The notes under the pieces are model-generated. The model did no database searches. It was not told the origin of the DNA and saw only the letters and a list, made by a program, of their open reading frames with translations. A program made the position numbers and the translations under genes. 64,000 nt of DNA from an uncultured delta proteobacterium (lineage in GTDB: Bacteria > Desulfobacterota > Desulfomonilia > Desulfomonilales > Desulfomonilaceae): positions 32,001-96,000 of the forward strand of contig CAWBKB010000007.1 of assembly GCA_963789265.1 (NCBI GenBank). The letters run 5' to 3'. Positions 61,047 through 64,000 of the stretch are shown here, in pieces; within the stretch, counting starts at the first letter, position 1; every line of letters begins with the position of its first letter.

Positions 61047-62827
61047 TGAGTATCTTTATGGAATTAGAGAGTAGTACAGCCGCGACAAAATCTGCGCTAC
61101 CCGCCGGAGCGTACAATCCTCCGATGGTACCCGCGGTGTCCCTGAATTCACAGGCCTCTGACACGAACCCCCGACAAAGCATCATTTTCACCTGCGCATT
61201 CTTTTTTGCGGTTTGGTGGCTGCTGTTTTTCCTGGGTCACTGGGCTGAACCCGTGGTTCATCCGTACTTCGATCAAGTCGGGATAAGAGACGCAGGAACG
61301 CTTTTCAGCTACTACGCTTCCCGGCCTGAACCGTTTAAGACGCTCATCGGCCGGGCCATGCTTCACATTGAAGGCCCTCTCCAGTTCCTGCTCCTCAATG
61401 CGTATTGCTACGCCATCGGCAACCTGTTGCCGCTTAACCCATCTACCCTCCAATTCCCCAACACGGTGTTCGCCTTTCTTGCCACGGTGTTCGCCTTTCT
61501 TTTGGGTACCAAGCTGGTATCTCGGCGCCTGGGCTACTGCTGCGCTCTGGCCTATGCTTGCAACCCCTGGTTGGGCGAAACGATGAGACAGCCGTGGGTG
61601 TTCAATACCCTATCCTGCTTGCTCCATTTTTCCATCTTTTACTGTTTCGTGAGACTTTGCGAGAATACTGAATCCCGATTCTACAGGATTGCCGCTCCGG
61701 CAGCTCTGGCAGCGTACCTTTTCACCGGTATGGATTGGCCGTCATTTCTGTTCGCTCTCGTGCTGTTTCTGGCCACTTGCGGCCGACTGAGGCTCATGCT
61801 GAGGAATCCATACAACTTGCTGATCGCGGCAGCCGCCATAGTTCAGATTGCATGGCCGCTGGCTCTGGCTCTTACCGGCAGAGGGCGCTGGCTGAATGGC
61901 ACCATGCTTCTCTATCCATTCATGCGTTACGGCGACCTGACCACGAACCCCGACTTCTGGTCCAGAATATGGGAAAGCGTGATCAAGGGCTGGGGACCGC
62001 AGTTGGCATTTGCTACCGCGGGCCTCGTTCTGTATGTTGTTGGCCGGAGAGGCGAGCTTTCCCGTGACCGGATGCGCCGGGCTTTCTTCGACAGTATGTG
62101 CGTCTGGTTTGTTGGCGCCGGCTATGCCCTATTTCGGTCTTCCTCATCGGAAACCTACCTTTATGTGGCGGCGATGCCCACAGCCTTGCTCGCCGGGCTG
62201 ATTCTGGTACGGCTGCGGAATCTTTATGTCGTGGCCGCAGCAGTCGTTATGATTGCTTGCCAGGTGTATATTTCCTCAGATCAATTTGTTACAAACGGGG
62301 ACGCCGGCCGTCGAGTTCTCGCTGCCGCGACGTATCTCATCGAACAGCGTCCGGACCTCCTATCAGCCGATAAGACCGCATTTCTGCCCAGAAATGTCGC
62401 TGCTGACGTAGGCCAATATGCAAGAGGGAAGAACAGACGGATCGTCATGCCAAGGGAATTTCCCGTAGATCGTCGAAAGTACTCCATCGCATCTGACGAG
62501 CAGACTCTCCTTAAATTCGTGGACACATACAACGAGCGCCGGCGGATACGGGCTGATTGGCTTGTCCTCGATACGGCCTTATTCGCAAAGGACGTCAGAT
62601 CGGCCGGCTTCTACGCCAGTCTTCGGGACGATCCGAACATTCGGTGGATAGCCCGATTCAGGGACCCCGGCGGCGAACTTTTCATCGGAGAGGTGGATCG
62701 AGGAGGAGGATCTCCAGTCGGCAGTGCCCCCCTTATGGACACCAGGCGGCTATCGGAAAAGTACGAAGCCAATTACGATAGAATTAGTTTCCTCAAGCAC
62801 AACGTGCAGTACGTGGATCATTACTGA
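61034..62827 (+). CDS. Polytopic membrane protein, GT-C/PMT-like; start uncertain
   Basis: Many TM helices, acidic first loop (YFDQ), periplasmic C-terminal domain. Confidence 0.65.
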   Translation: MRIGMSIFMELESSTAATKSALPAGAYNPPMVPAVSLNSQASDTNPRQSIIFTCAFFFAVWWLLFFLGHWAEPVVHPYFDQVGIRDAGTLFSYYASRPEPFKTLIGRAMLHIEGPLQFLLLNAYCYAIGNLLPLNPSTLQFPNTVFAFLATVFAFLLGTKLVSRRLGYCCALAYACNPWLGETMRQPWVFNTLSCLLHFSIFYCFVRLCENTESRFYRIAAPAALAAYLFTGMDWPSFLFALVLFLATCGRLRLMLRNPYNLLIAAAAIVQIAWPLALALTGRGRWLNGTMLLYPFMRYGDLTTNPDFWSRIWESVIKGWGPQLAFATAGLVLYVVGRRGELSRDRMRRAFFDSMCVWFVGAGYALFRSSSSETYLYVAAMPTALLAGLILVRLRNLYVVAAAVVMIACQVYISSDQFVTNGDAGRRVLAAATYLIEQRPDLLSADKTAFLPRNVAADVGQYARGKNRRIVMPREFPVDRRKYSIASDEQTLLKFVDTYNERRRIRADWLVLDTALFAKDVRSAGFYASLRDDPNIRWIARFRDPGGELFIGEVDRGGGSPVGSAPLMDTRRLSEKYEANYDRISFLKHNVQYVDHY

Positions 62828-62832
62828 GCTTA

Positions 62833-63112
62833 TGCCATTTCGCTTTCGAGCAAGTGACACCGTGTTTCCGGTGGGACAGGCATCCTGCCTGTCGTTATGC
62901 CCGTGGACGCGGGCATCTGTAGGGCCGAATGGCATTCGCCCTGGGCGACCGCCGGTCGCCCCCCTACATTCCCTGGATCGAGTCCGGGGTGATCCCGGGA
63001 AACGCGGGACAGGCAGTCCCGCGTTCCGCGCGGGATGCCCCACCATATCCTGTCCACGATTGTCACTTGTTTGATGGGGAAGCGGTATCACTTGCTTGTA
63101 AGCGAACCGGTA
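62833..63112. mobile_element. MITE-like shell filled with mixed REP hairpins; right end is tandemly doubled
   Basis: Left end TGCCATTTCGCTTTCGAGCAAGTGA; right ends at 63063-63087 and 63088-63112. Confidence 0.65.
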
Positions 63113-64000
63113 CGAATCCCCCTGCACGAACGACAGCAGACTCCAAGTAAAGGGACCCCAACCCGACCGGAACGACGGATTAGCTCGCGGTTGGATCGTA
63201 TCTCTGTGACTCCGTTCCAGCGCACCGCAGCCAACTTGTCCGCGGCTTTGATCTTATTGAGGAGTACGAGCCGGTTCCCGACGCGTTCGGCGATGAGCAA
63301 CTTGTCCAGAGCAATTGGCTTCGTTGGCACCACCCCTCGGGCAACGACTCCCTTTCCTGAAATGAAAGCCATCCTTGATTCCAAATCAGCGAAGTCCTTT
63401 TTGTACGGATACAGGTAATGGGCATCGATGTCCCTGCGATGGTAAAAGATACGGATAAACTCTCTCAACCCGTTGACTCCGCCGAAAATTATCGCCCGAT
63501 TCGACACGTACGACTGAAGATCCAGGAACAGGAATGAAGTGCCCGGTGCTACATCCGGCACCTGGCTACTCAAGCTCGTCCACAAGTCGCAGTTGATTTT
63601 TTCCGCTTCTTGCCAGGAACGTCTCAAGTCTACGTGAAACATTGCCATGAAGCTCAGAGCAATCACGGCCGCGAGCTTCGCGACAAACAACACGCTCCTG
63701 CGGTTCCAGACGGTGACAGCACAGCCGAGCAATATGGCCAGCCCGAAACTTGCCGTGGAATAAACGCGACTCTCTCCGTGAAATCCCACTGAGGCACCAT
63801 ATCCGGCCATAAGATACGGAAGCGTCCCCAGTAAAATCAGTCCTGCCGCCCAGAGCAGCATCTGAATCGGCTCGTTGACTGTACCAGTTCCGGAACTGTT
63901 TTGTTCTGACGGCCCGGGCCCCCGATTGGAAAAAAGCAACACCGCGGCAAATACCAGAACCAGGCACCCGGCTCCGATGGCCCATGCGTCCGCAGGAACG
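63088..64000 (-). CDS. Partial polytopic membrane protein (GT-C-like), 5' end outside the window
   Basis: Frame is open to the window edge; TM helices, ESRVY motif, periplasmic tail. Confidence 0.6.
   Translation of the reverse strand, partial: VPADAWAIGAGCLVLVFAAVLLFSNRGPGPSEQNSSGTGTVNEPIQMLLWAAGLILLGTLPYLMAGYGASVGFHGESRVYSTASFGLAILLGCAVTVWNRRSVLFVAKLAAVIALSFMAMFHVDLRRSWQEAEKINCDLWTSLSSQVPDVAPGTSFLFLDLQSYVSNRAIIFGGVNGLREFIRIFYHRRDIDAHYLYPYKKDFADLESRMAFISGKGVVARGVVPTKPIALDKLLIAERVGNRLVLLNKIKAADKLAAVRWNGVTEIRSNRELIRRSGRVGVPLLGVCCRSCRGIRTGSLTSK

Overview
This is a 64 kb chromosomal window from a diderm anaerobe. The gene content suggests a deltaproteobacterium (Desulfobacterota, possibly Desulfomonile-like), but that is an inference. 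In order along the window: (1) a ~1.3 kb decayed toxin-antitoxin islet at the 3' end of tRNA-Arg(ACG); (2) a NitT/TauT-type ABC transporter, a methyltransferase and a VKOR-DsbA fusion; (3) a sigma54-driven, Cys- and Ser/Thr-rich type IVa pilin surrounded by four TMTC-like (GT-C + TPR) genes and one further GT-C-like membrane protein, a candidate pilin O-glycosylation locus; (4) etfBA and a small GIY-YIG nuclease nested inside its own palindromic repeats; (5) hisA-hisF-mutS2-dnaG-rpoD-amrB; (6) two Pro/Cys-rich secreted paralogues; (7) an acyl-CoA dehydrogenase/XRE/SDR cluster containing a candidate sigma54-dependent sRNA; (8) malQ; (9) a PAS-LuxR regulator followed by two tandem pseudo-cyclase-AAA-TPR (STAND-like) genes; (10) a UbiA-type polyprenyl-phosphate phosphoribosyltransferase, apgM, a GSCFA protein, folC, lptD and further GT-C-like membrane proteins. 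Intergenic DNA carries several REP-like hairpin families, often nested in one another or inside MITE-like inverted-repeat shells, and in one case translated in frame inside a gene. Nine apparent +1 frameshifts, including one in lptD, most likely reflect sequencing error. All family assignments come from motif recognition by eye, not from database searches.
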